Assembly (NCBI RefSeq): GCF_009834535.1
Contig: NC_045697.1
Span: 60,514,001-60,578,000 of the forward strand
Direction of reading: 5' to 3'
DNA: 64,000 nt
DNA from: Camelus ferus
Lineage: Eukaryota
Shown piece after piece: positions 13,362 to 27,622 of this stretch. How positions within the stretch are numbered: the stretch's first letter is position 1; each line of letters begins with the position of its first letter. The notes below the pieces were generated by a model. The model made no database searches. It was not told the DNA's origin and saw nothing but the letters and a program-made list of their open reading frames with translations. A program made the translations under genes and the position numbers.

Positions 13362-15259
13362 TTACATTTTACCATGTAAGCCAAAACATTAGTGTTGGGT
13401 TTTTTTGGAAAACATAATTTATTCATATATTACAGTGTATTTATTATATTTCAGTAACACATGTATTATCACAGCAACTTCTAAAAACAGATATCTATGT
13501 GGACTAAACACTCAAACATAGTCAAAAATACACGCATTGAGGCTGGGTTTATATACAGTCTTTTGCTGTACCATGATGTTTAAATTCTCAATGACACTTC
13601 ATTGCAGCTTACTTAAGGAAATCATACTTTATATGCATGTGTATCTGTAGTTCTATACTTTCAAACAAATCCAGAACTTTTAAAATTATAATGTTCATTG
13701 CCATAGTGCTTTAAATAATGACCACTCCTGCTTTGGCACACCATGTGTAAAACGCTTTTGCATATTCATTCAAAAGCCACTGTAATAAACACATTGGAGT
13801 AAGTGAGAGAAATAGAATACCACAAAACATTGCTATAAGACAATGCATGTATGGGGTTTTACATATTAAGTAATGTAAAAATTTTACTCATCAGCAAAAT
13901 AAATTTCACTTAGGTACCTTAATTTAGATAGGGTCATGTTATTTACTTGAACAATAATTATTTCAGTGATTAAGACCAGAAGAAGAATTCTTTCTTGTGA
14001 AGTCTTTTGTGTCAGGGATACAGTTAACATCTACTCATTAAATAACTTTCTGTAATAAATGGCACCATTAGTTTGAGATGTTCAGCATTTGATTGTAAAT
14101 AGTTATAATTGGATGCAGAGAAAATCATCTAAGAGATGTAAAAAACTTTTGATAGTTTCTAGCAATTGTTTCTAGTGATCAGCAGTAAAAATGTCATTGT
14201 TTATTAACAAAGTTTCTCTTAATTAGTGGTCACATTATCATCCTATTTAACTCACTAGGTAAATTCCAGCTACATAATAAATGTAATTATTAAACAAGAT
14301 CTCTGTAATCCAGAAAAATTTTAAAAATCAAATTTATTGGTAATCAGAAGAAAAAAGGGATTATGACTTAGGAGCTCAATCAAGGTATATATAATAAAAT
14401 CTTAAAAAACAAAAAGAAAAAAAACCTCTCCAAACTCAAGATAAAGTCTTCAGTCTGGCCCAACAGAAAACAAGACTATTTCCCACAACTTATCGTAGAA
14501 TGGAAAGAAACAACTGTTAGGACTTCAGAGTTTTATCACCGTATATCTTTGCTTTTCACTTTATTTTTATTTCTTGTACTCTCAGAAAATTTTGTTCTTT
14601 GTAAAAATTGGAAATCTGTGTTTAATCTGATATTCGTTTTCCAAGGCACTTAGAGATGTGATTACTTTGAGGTATCAATTTCCTCTTCTATGAATTGAGT
14701 GAATTAGTCTAGAAACACTGTAAGAATTTTTAATTAATTTTATTGTTTTGGGGATGTGGGCAAGGTTCAGACACTATTCCAACTGAGGAGGATTTGTCCC
14801 AGATTTAGAAAAATATGAGCTTAAAGAATCCTTAGGTTTAATGCCTAGGTTTAAAGGGAAGACTACAGTTCCATTAAATGCATTTCAAATAGATAAAAAT
14901 TAAAAACATATGTGCAAATGTTTACATATGCGTATTTCTAAATATCTGATTGGGGATAAGGCTTAAGAAGACTGAAAGACCCAAGATGCCTCTCCCTCCT
15001 TCTCCCTGTGTTTCTGTGGGCTATAGTAGCGCATCCATCATGGAACTGTAGTTCACACTTATTTACTTTACTCCCTTATCCCTGCCCCATTCTCCATTTG
15101 CTACCATGTTGGCCAGAAGTCATAGCAGTTTATACACATAACTTATGTGTAACATATTGAGTCACAGAATTTCTAAATAGAGAATGTTTCAGTGATGTGA
15201 AGTTTTGAGAAGAAAGTATGTGAAGAAGCAAGTTGTACAGCTTGTGTCAAGGCTTATGA

Positions 15260-15930
15260 TCTGGGGCCACGCATCACTGACTCCTGCCTACACTCCTAGC
15301 TACACCTAACGCTGCCCACCCCATATCTTTCAACAGCCTACTTTCACTGAACTTCTGGCGATTCCACAGATATTCTCAACTTTTTCTTCTAACGTCTCAG
15401 AATACCATCTGTTCTTTGTACTGCCACCCCTCTCCCCCAACCCTGCTCTTTCACCTGGGCAGTGTGTCCTCATGTTTCAGCACGAATATTCCTCTCTTAG
15501 ACCTTCTTCACCTTTCATATTAACTAACCGTTCTTCATTATTTCTCATTTACAGTGTGTTTTCCCAGCCTTTAAGTATAATCATTATTTGGAATCAAAAC
15601 TATACCAGTGTATGTTATTATATATACTGAATTTGATTTGTTTGAATAGTCAAGTAGGTAGATCCAATAGCCAATTAGACTCAAACATCTGTATTCGGAG
15701 TATAAATGAGAATTTGAAGGCACTGACTTCCAGGAATAGAACTTACACTACATAACACCACAAAGGCTCATTCAGAGAAAGCCTGCAAATGAAATATGAA
15801 AAGATTGGTAAAAACCAAATATCTAGAAAACATTCATATTAAAGGCACAACATAGGAAGAGGAACACCCACTAGAACTAAGTGGCCTATAACATAGGACA
15901 CACTGACAGAAGTTCTAGCAATCCACTGGA
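15260..15930. mobile_element. Degraded L2 fragments in both orientations
   Basis: A pyrimidine-rich L2-like block (~15260-15620) is followed by a purine-rich opposite-strand block (~15640-15930). Highly diverged. Confidence 0.4.
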
Positions 15931-16190
15931 GAAATTCATTTCTAAGAGCCTTTCATTCAGAACTAGACTACAACAGTATCTCAGATCCTACCCATTCTTA
16001 AAATCTCAAGCTCTAATTCTCTTTTCCTATAGATAGTATTTGTAGAACAGAGTGAAATGTTTCTGTTCTTCAAGCTCCAAGCCTTCAGCTTTGTTATTAT
16101 TTACTTTAAAAAATATTTGGTATAAGAGTCTATATGTTTATTTCATACTTTCCCAAATTAAATGATAAAACACTGGAAGCAGGGGCTTTT

Positions 16191-16202
16191 GGGGGGGGGG
16201 GG
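16191..16202. repeat. poly(G)12
   Basis: Read directly. Confidence 0.95.
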
Positions 16203-17359
16203 ATCTACAATATAAAATACAGATACTTGGTCATCGTTAGCCTTTCATAAATGTTTATTATGTTTTGATTTCAGAATATTTTTATCAGAAGCATGGAAAC
16301 AAAATTGATTGCTTAATTGCTCTTTTTTGCTATAATGAAACTAGGATAAATATGCATACATGTATATATAGTTGGTATTTCTTTTTTAGTAATATTTATA
16401 ATACATTCTTCACTAATTATTTAATAAAAATACATTAAACATACATCATTTAGACTCTGCAAGTGGAGTACATTAAGTAAAATAGTCCCTGTGCAGAAAA
16501 TGGGTGTTTTCCCATGGTCAGTTGGATTTCTTTGAGAAAAGGGAAAAGCCTAGTCTGTAGAAAATATTAATTTCTTCATGTAAACCAAGGCCAGTCCCAA
16601 ACCTGTGTCACCATCCAAACTCATAAGGAATAAACAGCAATGTAATGAGAGACAAAAGAATAACTGGAACCATGTTGCAAATTGTTTTAACTTCCTTATA
16701 TTAATGATAATTTCCTAGATGTGTTTAGAAATCATTTTAATGAATTGTGCAAATGCTTTCTTCTTCAAAACTTGACTACTCATAGACTAGGATTTTTGAA
16801 TCTTGCTTGGGTAATCCTTATGACGTAGGGGAATAATCACTATTGAAACCAGACTGCAGGCATTCTTGATCTAAATATTGGAAACTTTGTGATTTTCAAG
16901 CAAAAGAAAAAGAAGTTTTTGCCACTGACCAAAGACAGTGACCAGAATGAAAATCATCGACGGGAAAGGTGAAAGAAGAGGTGTGTATGACTGTAAAGGA
17001 GCAGTTTATCTCAATTAACCATTCTAGAAATTTAAGAGATATCCTTTAATCCTAAGATTATCTGAGATTAAAATTTTAATTAGTTTTTATCCTTAATAAA
17101 GATAGTACTTAAACCTTTAATCCTAGGATCTCAAAGCCAATTAACAAATAAATCTCCAATTTTCCCATGAAGGATGTACACATATTTGCTTCCTCATTTA
17201 CAGTTAGAACCACTGTGGGAGAGTCATTCTAAATTACATACTAAAACATGGTCCTTATTTCTTGTATCAGCTGTATGAAAATGTTTTACTGATCTAATTA
17301 TTAAAATGGAAAATTATTAAAAATTAAAACATATCATGCCTAATTGTTAGAGCTTTGGC

Positions 17360-17575
17360 AAGTGATGCACTGAGTTTAACTTTTAGTTTTGAAAATTACA
17401 TGATATGGGACCTTTGATTTTTCAACCTCCTAAAACTTTAGCTCCTTCGTATAAAAATAAAGATTATAACTGCATCCTTTTCAAAGAATCGCTTTGAGTA
17501 TTGAATGAGATTATGCTTTAAATGCTTAGCATCAAGTTAGAACATACTAGGCAGTTACTAAAATGTCAGGTACTA
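17360..17575 (+). mobile_element. MIR SINE
   Basis: MIR core-like GTATAAAAATAAAGATTATAA...TGAGTATTGAATGAGATTATGCTTTAAATGCTTAGCA. Confidence 0.65.
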
Positions 17576-17739
17576 TAGTATTAATAAGTATTAAAATACA
17601 AGGAAGATATATTAACAACTAAAATTAAGATAGAATTTTAAATATAAGTATTTATATAGAAAAAGTTACTGATACAATTTTACCCTCTGTTAGGCTGCTG
17701 TAAGTGAAAAGAATCTACCAAGAATCTAAAATAAATGAA

Positions 17740-19330
17740 ACTGTGACTCCTGGCTGGTAGAAAGTATCAAAACCAACCTAAACATTGAGTTTCTGCTCAA
17801 ATCTGGGCAGCTGCATTAGACAAGTGAAGCACTAAATAAAACTAAGGTCTACTAAAGCTGGGGAATGTTATAGGACCCCCACATAATGATGAGAATTGAG
17901 AAATTTACATAGCTACCCTCGGGGGTATAAGAAATAAGCCCCACTGTTCCCAGGAGGACAAGTAAATTCATCTAAAACCTGTAACTGCATTAAGGCGATG
18001 AACACAAGTCTCCTGAGAATTTCTAGCCACAACTTTCCACTGTCACATTTGCATTCTTAATTGATGTTTCTCACGTAGTTAAAAAATAAATCTCAGGTAA
18101 GAAACTGAATTTAAAATAATTTTAGTTAGGGCCATCTTCAGGCTACTTCTGAAAGATACATAAAACTCCTTGGCAGAACTTTACTTTAAAATATGCTTCA
18201 AAGTATTATCTCAGACAAAATTCCAAGGAAAACAAGAAGCTTAACAAAAATCAGAAAGTAAACAAACTTGTGAAAGATTCAGATAATGGAATTCTTTCAT
18301 GTAGAATAGAAATGCCTCCATATAATGTGAGTAAAGAACAAAATTAAATGTTAAAGATGGGCAGGTAAAATGTGAAAAAAGAAGCCAGTATAACTTATAG
18401 ATATGAAAAATATAGTTGTAGTAATTATAAAGTCAATATATAAATCAACCAGTCAATTAGACATAGTTGAAGAGAGGATTAGTGAACCATAGGAGATATG
18501 TCAGAAGCAATTATCCATGATTGTTTTCATGTCCTCATGCTCCCAGAAAAAGACTGATTGTTTATAGTCATAGTATCAAGTAAATTCCAGAATTGATTTT
18601 CAACCTCTCAATCAATGCCAATTTGTTTCAGTGATCATGCTTCTGAAAGTTAACCAGTCAGTGACAGCCACATATTTTAAGGGTCAGCAAATCTCCAAAG
18701 GGCATTCAATCCAGTGAGCATGCTTCTAAACTGATAATAATCTATTCCCATCTCTGTAACCAACATAACTTCCCCAAATGTTTCTCAAAACCTCAACACT
18801 TTATTCTCAATTATATTTGCTTGTCCAGTGTAACTCTCTCTAAATTAAATAATAAATTTAATTATCTGTTTCAGATATTTAAGAGGTGTTTCTGTCTTCA
18901 ACATCTAAAATGTAGTCTAGAGAGGCTAAAATAGACGGAAAAAAGAGAAGAGATTTGAAAAATGGAGTCAGAATATCAACTACTCAAATCAGGGATCCAG
19001 AAGATAAGCGAGAAAATCAGTGTCAATAAATAAAATAAATAATGACTGAAAAATTTTCAGGACCCCAATATTAAGATTCAAGAATTCTAAGAAATCCCAA
19101 GCAAAAATTATATTAAGAGGTTTAACACCTAAATGTACCTAGAGGAAATATATATGCCCAAACACAAAAGGACATAATAGAGCCAAACCAAGAGGAAAAA
19201 AAGGGACACAGATCACCTACAAGAGAATGGGAACAACACAGCACAAAGATGAATGGAATTATATCCTTAATATTCCAAGAGAAAATATCTTTCATTGTCT
19301 AATCGTATGAAGTAAATTCATCATTGCTTA
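17740..19330 (+). mobile_element. HAL1 / ancient L1 ORF1-like element, interrupted by an LTR
   Basis: ORF1-like TTAGACATAGTTGAAGAGAGGATTAGTGAAC ... ACAGATCACCTACAAGAGAATGG ... TGGAATTATATCCTTAATATTCC. Heavily decayed. Confidence 0.6.
18518..18903 (+). mobile_element. ERV1-class solo LTR (MER90/MER110-like, name uncertain)
   Basis: TG...CA ends, AATAAA near the 3' end, imperfect 4-bp TSD TCCA/TCTA. It splits colinear HAL1/L1 sequence. Confidence 0.6.
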
Positions 19331-21519
19331 AAGACAAAATGTTTAATTCCCTGGTAAGATATAATAATCACCACAGTTATTGCAACACATATTCTCAAAA
19401 CACATAAAGTGGCATTATTAATAAAAAAAATTTTCTAATTGATTACCATTGAGTGACATTTAAAAACATGCCGTTTTCCCTTTCAAATCTTTGCTCAGTA
19501 AACACAGGCAATAATACTTTTATTATTCAGAAATCTGATGTTTTCAAAAATTGTGTGAATACCACTAAATTCTACTTATCGTTCAGTGTATCCAAAAATA
19601 TCAGAAAAAGAAAGACATTATGCGTCTGTACCTTTACCAAACACACATACACAAAAATGACAGCCATAATGCTACAAGTGAAAAACAAAAACAAACCATA
19701 ACTAAAGACAGTGAATGAAGAGATAAATAGAAAGTTCTTGAAGAATAATAAAGCAAGCAGAAAAAGAGAAAAATGAAACCTAAATTATGTCAGTGCTTCA
19801 AAAATTGAATGTACTAGACACAGGAAGGCATGATTTTAGCATATATGATCAATTCTTGATTGAATATATTCACAAATCATGTGGTTGTTTTGGAATATTA
19901 TTTTCTCCAAGTAAAGGTGATCTAGTTTTTGAAAAAATCACCTTTGCTGACCCTTCATATAGGAGTTTTGTCTGAAGTTTCATATGAAAATGTTAATTTC
20001 AAAAAGTGTAAATAAGTTTTCTAGTAAGCAATGGTTTCTTGACATTTGTATTAAAAATGCAAATCCTGGTCCTAGAATATGTTTTTTGTTCTTTCTCCCT
20101 CTTCTTCCCTCCCTCTGAAATTCAAATTATATATGGAACATTAGAAAACTTTTTAGAAACTTCAGAAAACTCCGTATTTTCAAAGTACAGTCTGTATTCA
20201 TTTCTTGTGAACAAATCACTTCCTAAGAGAAACTCAATTATTATTGATGACCTAGATGATGTTTTGTTAAAAGGTTTTAGAAATCCTTCCATTAATTTAG
20301 TTGTATGAAAATGGTGAACTTATTTTTTGCTCAGTCTTCCTTTTGCAGAGTCTCATACCAAGAAAAAAGCATGTGAGCACATTAATGAGGCATACAAGTG
20401 GGAAAGCAATACTTGGAGTTCTTCTAATTCAGCAGTTTAGATTATACTATTAAAAGACGTTAAAGTGTTCCATTGTCATCCAAAGAAAAAAAGTGTAAGA
20501 TTGTTTAAAGCACAAATGTATCTTCACAACTACTTTATACTGTCTCATTTCCTTGCAATAACAAATGAACACCTAGAAAGTAGAATCTTCCTTTAGGGCT
20601 GAGATGATAAATGAAATACATTTCATTTAAAAAGTAGTTTTTCATCTACACTTTTGTGTTCCTTTTAAAAATAACCTTCACTGATTTAATTCCAGAAAAA
20701 AAAAATCCATATAACTTCGCGTGTTAGCGATACTAAGTTAAATATAACATCCAGACACAGTCATTTATGTCAAGACAAGAAAATTAAACTCTGTTTTTCC
20801 CTTTCTTTCAAACAATATTCACCTAAATAAATTTTATAAGATGTGCATAGTTGTTTAAGAGATATTTACTATTAATATTTTTTCTATTCTCTCTTCTTGG
20901 CCATCTTGTGATAAAATGTATGTGTATGTTAGTTTAAAAAAGGAGAAAGTATACTAAATAACGGTTCCGAAATATTTGGGTATAGGTACCATGTATATGA
21001 AATGCCTAATCTGCTTTCTATAGTAGTTAATTTAATTGATAAAGTCATAGACATTAGCATACAAAGGTACAAGTTAGGAATTTTCAAAGAATTGCCTGAT
21101 GTTTGGCTTGCCAGACTTTTTGGTGATTATTATAACATTGGATAAGTCAAGAGAGTGATAATTTTTAGTTCTCTTAGTATAATTAAGCAAACTGGATTTA
21201 ATGAGTTCAAATACATTTAATACACTCAATACATTCAAATAGTATTCATATGTCTATGTCAGCCTGGCTTATTTTATCTAGTAACTGTCATAGAATATGT
21301 CCTGTTCTTTTTATCTTGAATGAAAATTTTTCAAAAAGTATGCTTTTTAAATCTAATTATGAAATGAACTAAAACAGTTGTGGAAAAATCAGAATCACAA
21401 AGTTCTAAAGGGGATGGGATAAGAACTAAAATTAAATTGGGGTACCTGTGGAATTCTATTCTTAGTTTGAAAACAGTAATGCTTTGAAAAAGGATACCAT
21501 CTTCCCTAAAAGCTATTTT

Positions 21520-21536
21520 CACACACACACACACAC
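21520..21536. repeat. (CA)n microsatellite
   Basis: Read directly. Confidence 0.9.
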
Positions 21537-21819
21537 GCGCTCACACATGCAGACATCTACTTTACATGTCTGTAATTTAATTATAATGTATATGGCAACC
21601 AAAATTCTAATAAAATCTTATCCTAATCAACAGAAATATATTTTCAGTATAGAGAAGTACTGATCTTACATGATCTAATGCTAGCAAAAACTTATCAAAA
21701 TGGGGGGTTCAGCTTACTGTATTTCATTATAAGATGACAGTTCAGAGACTGGAATATTTCAGTAATTACACAAATGTGAACTCAGCATCTACCAGAAAGC
21801 AGACAATATGCTATATAGT

Positions 21820-22700
21820 AGATGTCACACACACACAAAATAGATGAATAAAAAACAGTTTTTGCCTTTAAAGAGAGTACACCACAGACTGGATATAAGG
21901 GAAAGTAATCAGGCTAATGTGGGATCCAGACTGAATTCTAACACTCACTCAGTGAACAAATCTACAGTTGACTGCCTACGAGGCACACTTCCCATTGTGA
22001 AGAAGGAAACTTGAACCAGACAGTTAGGTAATGTGGGAAATGAGTCCTATGCGCAAGTGAATTATCGTATTAAAAGTGATCAGTAATGGTGAATCATAGA
22101 TGAAACAGATGAGTGCATTGAAGGAAAGAATAGGAAAGTTCACGCAGAAGACAGCATTTGGAAGCGGACCATGAAGAATGCCTATGATTTGACTATGATG
22201 ACAGTGAGGGGAAGAAATTCTAGGAAAGGAAACAGAAAAAGCAAACAAAAGGAATTGGGGGATGCACCATGTATGTGTCAAACAGCATAGTGGGAAATAT
22301 TAGGCAAGTCAAATTAAATTTTAGCTATATGAATTTTTCACATTTGTCTCATAAATCTGGCCCTTATTTTTCCCTTTTTAAAGTAGAAGAATAGACATAT
22401 CAGAATTTTGCTTTGATAAAATCAATATAGTTAAGGGTGTACATATTTTATTCGGACTTGGTGAAATCTGCCAGAAGCTGAGTTTAGACACCAGGCGGGT
22501 AGCATATTGGGAGAGGAAATAGGCACAGGATGCAGAGGCAGATCTGAAGGCTGGAATAACAGAATTCAGAAGCTCCTTGGATATGAAACCATAATGGAAA
22601 AGAGAAGTCAAGTTTCGTACCTCGGTGATTAGGGACATGGTGGTAAAAGAACAACTTGTGGAAAATAATACAAGAAGAAAGTTGCAGGGAAAATCAATTA
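21820..22700 (-). mobile_element. L2 fragments
   Basis: Purine-rich L2 antisense signatures, e.g. GATGAATAAAAAACAGTTTTTGCCTTTAAAGAG and CACTCAGTGAACAAATCTACAGTTGACTGCCTAC. Confidence 0.5.
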
Positions 22701-23481
22701 GTTAATACTGCATGAATAGGGTAGTTATGTGGAAATGCTATGCAGTGACTTGGGCATGTGGTTCTACAGTAATACAGGTGCAAGAGCTTCAGAGTCATTT
22801 CCTTTAAAGAAAGGGCATAGATTTAAAAGTTTCTGGAAATTTGATATAAGCCTGAATATAAAGATAATAACTTGCAATAGTGTATTTTCTCAAATTTGTC
22901 AGGATGATTCCTACTGAGACTGTATCCAGTAGATGTATACACTTTTTAATATTAAGGGGCCAAGAAAAGGACACGTGTTAACGTGTATCATCTGTTCCTG
23001 TTCTGTGCACACCCTAGCTTGTTAAGTTTATGTGTCCCTGGCAAATTTTAGTGAGGGGTGGGTGGCTTGTGTGTGGTGTTTTCCCCGCCAACTTGTAAGC
23101 AACTTGAAATGCTTCATGGAAAGGGTAATAGTATCAAAAAAATTTTAAAAATATTTTGTTATAAATACTTGAGTTAAATAAGAAAAAGACTCAGAAGAAA
23201 AGGCAGAAAAGGCTGGCTGTGCTCAACTAAGGCAGATAGATCCGATGTATTTGCATTATATTACTAGGAAGAGTAAACTTGATAGAACGTTTTTCAATGT
23301 AAAAACAATGATTGGAGAATTGTTTAAAATTCTACGAGACAGTTACGAAAATGGAAAGTTTTTTGCTACCAAGCAAAGTAGAAGTTGCTAACCTTACATG
23401 CATAGGTGAATCTGAGAAAAAGGCTTTGCATTTATTGTCAAGAAACTCTTTCCTTGATAAATAAGGAACTATTTCATGGCT

Positions 23482-23916
23482 ACTTGGTAGATTACAAAAA
23501 ATAACCTCAGTAATTTTCAACTTGCTTCCCACTGAGGGATGGGATCTTATTTTCCTATCTCTTGAATCTTGGCTGGTCTTAGAAATTGTTTTGTGACACT
23601 GTACCAAATTTCAAGCCCAGGCCTGAAGAGATGTTGCAGCTTCTCATCTTTTGGAACCCTGCAACTAGCATGTGGAGAGGCCTTTTGGATGAGGAAAGAC
23701 AGTAACAAAGTCAGCCCTGACACTCTGCCAATAGCCTACTAAATCACCTGTTAAGTGACTGAGACTGCACGTATGATCCCAACAGAGATCCCTGGGTGGC
23801 CTCAGGTCAGATGAACTATGCAGCCAATTCACCGAACAATGAGCTGAATGAAGGGTGGTTGCTTTAAGCCACTAAATTTGGGGGTACTCTGTTATATAGC
23901 AAAACCTAACTAAAAT
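23482..23916 (+). mobile_element. MLT1 (MaLR) solo LTR, MLT1F/G-like
   Basis: CTCTTGAATCTTGGCTGGTCTT... and the canonical MLT1 3' end TTGCTTTAAGCCACTAAATTTGGGGGTACTCTGTTATATAGCA. Confidence 0.8.
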
Positions 23917-26390
23917 ATATTAATAAATACCTTCTTATATTTAGAAATTCTTTGTAACTATCAGTCTGTGTTCTCAATTCTGGAACCCCACAAGAAATTA
24001 GTCTTTATTCCATGATACTCTTTCACATGTTTGACACTTGCTAGCATACAGCTAAGTTTTTTCTTATTCAGACAGGGTGTGAGTTTAATGAAAGTCATAA
24101 CTCTAATTAAAAATCATCAAACAATGAAAGAAAGAGCTTTATTAGAAAATGAATTATTTTCAGTGAAATTTTTCTTGGATAGACTAAGAAGGAATTCTGA
24201 AAGAATGAGAAGATAGATAAACCTGGGTCTAAAATGGAAATGCTTACAGATCAGGAAGGTAATAGGAATGAATGTGCTTCATCAGAAAGTAACAGTTGTG
24301 AACCAAAGAGAGCAGTCGACATTCAGCACAAGGACGCTAAGGCCATGCCAAAATGTGAGCCTAGAAGACCTAGATTTTCTTATGTTTTGAGACAGGACGA
24401 AATACAAGTTTTATGTAAAAATCAATTGTTTTAAATGTTAGCAATTAATTCAGTCTAAAATTGTACTGGGAGTTCTGATAATAGAATTTTGTACAGTTGA
24501 ACCCAATATTTGAATATGAAGCCTGTATGTGTGGGTACAGAAACGATATAATCTGCTTTGGATTCTTTATAAAGCAATAGAAAAAATGAATAGGGTTCTT
24601 TTGTAAACATGTTATAAAATGGAATGCATTAGGCATTATGAGTTCAGTAGATCATAAATTTTACTGCTTTTGTTTATTATCAGTGTTTCAATACCACTTT
24701 TTTCTTTAGGAAAGAGAAATACAGGAGTAACAGAGGTGTATAAAATAATAAAGTTTAGGGAAAAGGTTGCTTATTGTTCTTGTTTGTATTTTGCCAAAAT
24801 AAGTAAAAGACCACTCAAACAATATATGTTTGATGTGGCCAATATAAACTTTAATAAAATTAAATCTATTTCCAATTTTTATGTATGTCAGATGATATTA
24901 AAGAGCATCAATTAAAATATACATTTAAACCCTATATTGATAGTTCAGGTAAAGGATTAGAAGATTTAAGAAGTGGGGAGGAGGAATAGGAGGAAATAAA
25001 AAAATACTGCGGTGAGGCCACTGATAGGGTATGCGCATTGTGGAAGCCCGAGGGGTCATTTGCTTTGTGAGTACACGAAACCTTCCAAATTCTACTTCGG
25101 GATTTCCTTTTCTTTTTCACATGTGCAAATGGCAAAAGGATTTACCATAATATTTTGCTGTGTTTGTAACTGATCTCTTTACACTCTATGACAGCAGGAG
25201 ACTTGTTTGTTAATAGGTCCTAGCTAATTGCTATTTGGGCATTAATGGTAGAAAATGGGGAGCAAGGTACATAGAATAATAAGAGGATTGTGACTGGTCA
25301 ACTCTCAAGTTGGGAGACACAGGCAGCCATGAAATAGATGAGTATTTGTCATATTTATAACTGTATTTACCTACCACAAACAATTCAAAATTAGCCAACA
25401 GAATCTCAAATTACCCAATAACACAGCATAATATGTACAAATCTTTCAGTTATAAATGGCAAAATACCATCCCAGAAAACAACTAGAGTACTGAACCCAA
25501 TAAAAATAAGTTTTAATAAAACTGACTTCAGGAAAATACTAGCAAAATGTCCCTCACTATATCCACAAGAAAAAACTGTTGTATTTTAAATATAACAAGT
25601 AATAGTGATCAAAAACAAATTAACAAAAATGAATCCAGGTTCCATTTTTGCAGGGAGGGTGAAAACTAGCAACAGATTTTGTGCTACAGTCTGGATGTTA
25701 AAGGTACAAAAATTTTCAGCCAGCTGAAGTTGAGATTTGCCTGGATAGAAGGCAAGAAACCTCTATTAATTTTGTCTCTCTCAAAAATCAATAATTGGAG
25801 TTTCAATCTTCTTTAAGGGAATCTGAATTCTTTTTCTTTCTGTCCAAAAAAATAAACTTTCTGTTGTCTCTGTCATATGATTTACAGGTTGTTGGCCTGA
25901 GACATTAGGGCAGCAAGTCAATAATCTCTTTTGAAAATCCTGCTGAGACTGGGGATCATCTAACACAAGGCATTCATTCAGAAGCAATCCACCATTTAGG
26001 AGCAATGTTCCTTTCTCTTGCCACAGCCACCACCTGGGATAATTTCCCTAGAGCTTTGGTAGTTTGTCATCAGCACTCACTAGAGAATAAGGAATAAAAG
26101 ACTTTAAGCCCATGAGGAATGGCTGGTGTATGATATTTCAATTCTCTTGTTTCAGCATTAAAGAAAGGATGAAACAGATGCCTATGCTGGTTGGAGGCTA
26201 AAGAAGAAATGGAGTGAATCATGAATTTATAATAAATGATGCTCTCCAAGCATGTTCTCATCTTTAAAAGCAAGGGTTTCATTTTTAAGCTTGCAAATGC
26301 TTTGTTATTATTCTTACACTTAACCAATTTACTATCCCATCTACTAAATATAGCCAAGAATTGAGAACAAAAAAAGCAGACTAACATATC

Positions 26391-26422
26391 AAAAAAAAAA
26401 AAATATATATATATATATATAT
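26391..26422. repeat. A13(TA)n microsatellite
   Basis: Read directly. Confidence 0.9.
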
Positions 26423-27407
26423 TAGCGGTCTCTAAGCAACTGTTCGTTCTGGATTCATTAACATAATTTACAGAAGTTCTTGCTCTGATCTTTTTCCTTT
26501 TTTAACTGTTATTTTAGACACACAAAAAAATTGGTTTTCTGGTTACTGTTTCTATGAGAGTGTAAAAGGTACAAATTAGATGGGATGTTGCTTTAGTCCT
26601 GGTCAATGCAGTAGCTCTAGGAAATTATAATGTCACATAGCTCAAAGTAACTGCTGATGCTTGTCAAAATGTGAATCAGAAAGATAAAAAAAAAACAACT
26701 CTTCATTTTAAAATACATTTTTATCAATATGGTTGAAAAGAAGTTATGTTTAAATTTATAAGCTCATGTTATATGAAAAATTCACAAAAATAATTTTGGG
26801 GCAAAATTAAGAATAGCCAAGTGTGATTTCTATAAACTAAACTGAACCATATACAACTGTGAAATATTAACTTAACATCCAAATAGTAAGCATTAACATT
26901 TAAAAAATCTTGTGAACATTCAAAATTCATCTACTGTGGGACAAATGAGACATTGAGGACACTATTGAAAGTATACAGCAATTTAAATACTTCAATAAGA
27001 AGTCACCTCTATGCATAGACTCAATATTAACGTTCAACTTATTAAAATTAAGTAAAATATCTGAAAATATTATAATAATTACGTTCAAGAAAGTTTGCCA
27101 TAAAATATTGTTAAAAGAGACTATTTTTCATACAGACCAGGAATCTAATACTAATTTTGAAAGTAAAACAAATTAAAAAATTACACACATCATAATATTT
27201 TTGGCTAGTTCGACTATCTTTAACATATAAAAGACCAACAAACATCACACAAGAGTTGAATTAAGTCCCTTGAGACCCACTCACTCAAACCCCATGACTC
27301 TCAAATTTAAAAATACTATTTTGTACTATAATAGTGGTAAGGATGCCTGATTTCAGATTTCTTGAGTACCTGGGTTAAAATCGTCTATCTTTTGCACATA
27401 CTAAGCT

Positions 27408-27478
27408 CACTGGTTCTCAAACTATAGGATGCACTAATATCACCTAGAGAATTTTCTAGAAACTCATACTATTGACTC
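27408..27478 (+). mobile_element. MER5-like hAT-Charlie DNA transposon, left part
   Basis: CACTGGTTCTCAAACT...TGCACTAATATCACCTAGAGA resembles the MER5A TIR and 5' arm. Confidence 0.65.
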
Positions 27479-27622
27479 TGTGAAGACTTCAATATGAATT
27501 GGAACCAAATGTTATAAAATTGAGAATCTCATGCATGCTCCCTCAGAAGAAGGAAACTTTAGAGCTGAGAGACTGACTTTCTGTAAATGCCTGATTTATA
27601 AAACATTAAGACTTATCTTCTC
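27479..27622 (+). mobile_element. ERV1-class solo LTR, 5' part
   Basis: Begins TGTGAAG after TSD ACTC and continues at 32439 beyond the L1. Confidence 0.6.

Noticed and set aside
15133..15151. Palindrome TACACATAA-C-TTATGTGTA
   Set aside because: 9-bp AT-rich arms are expected by chance.
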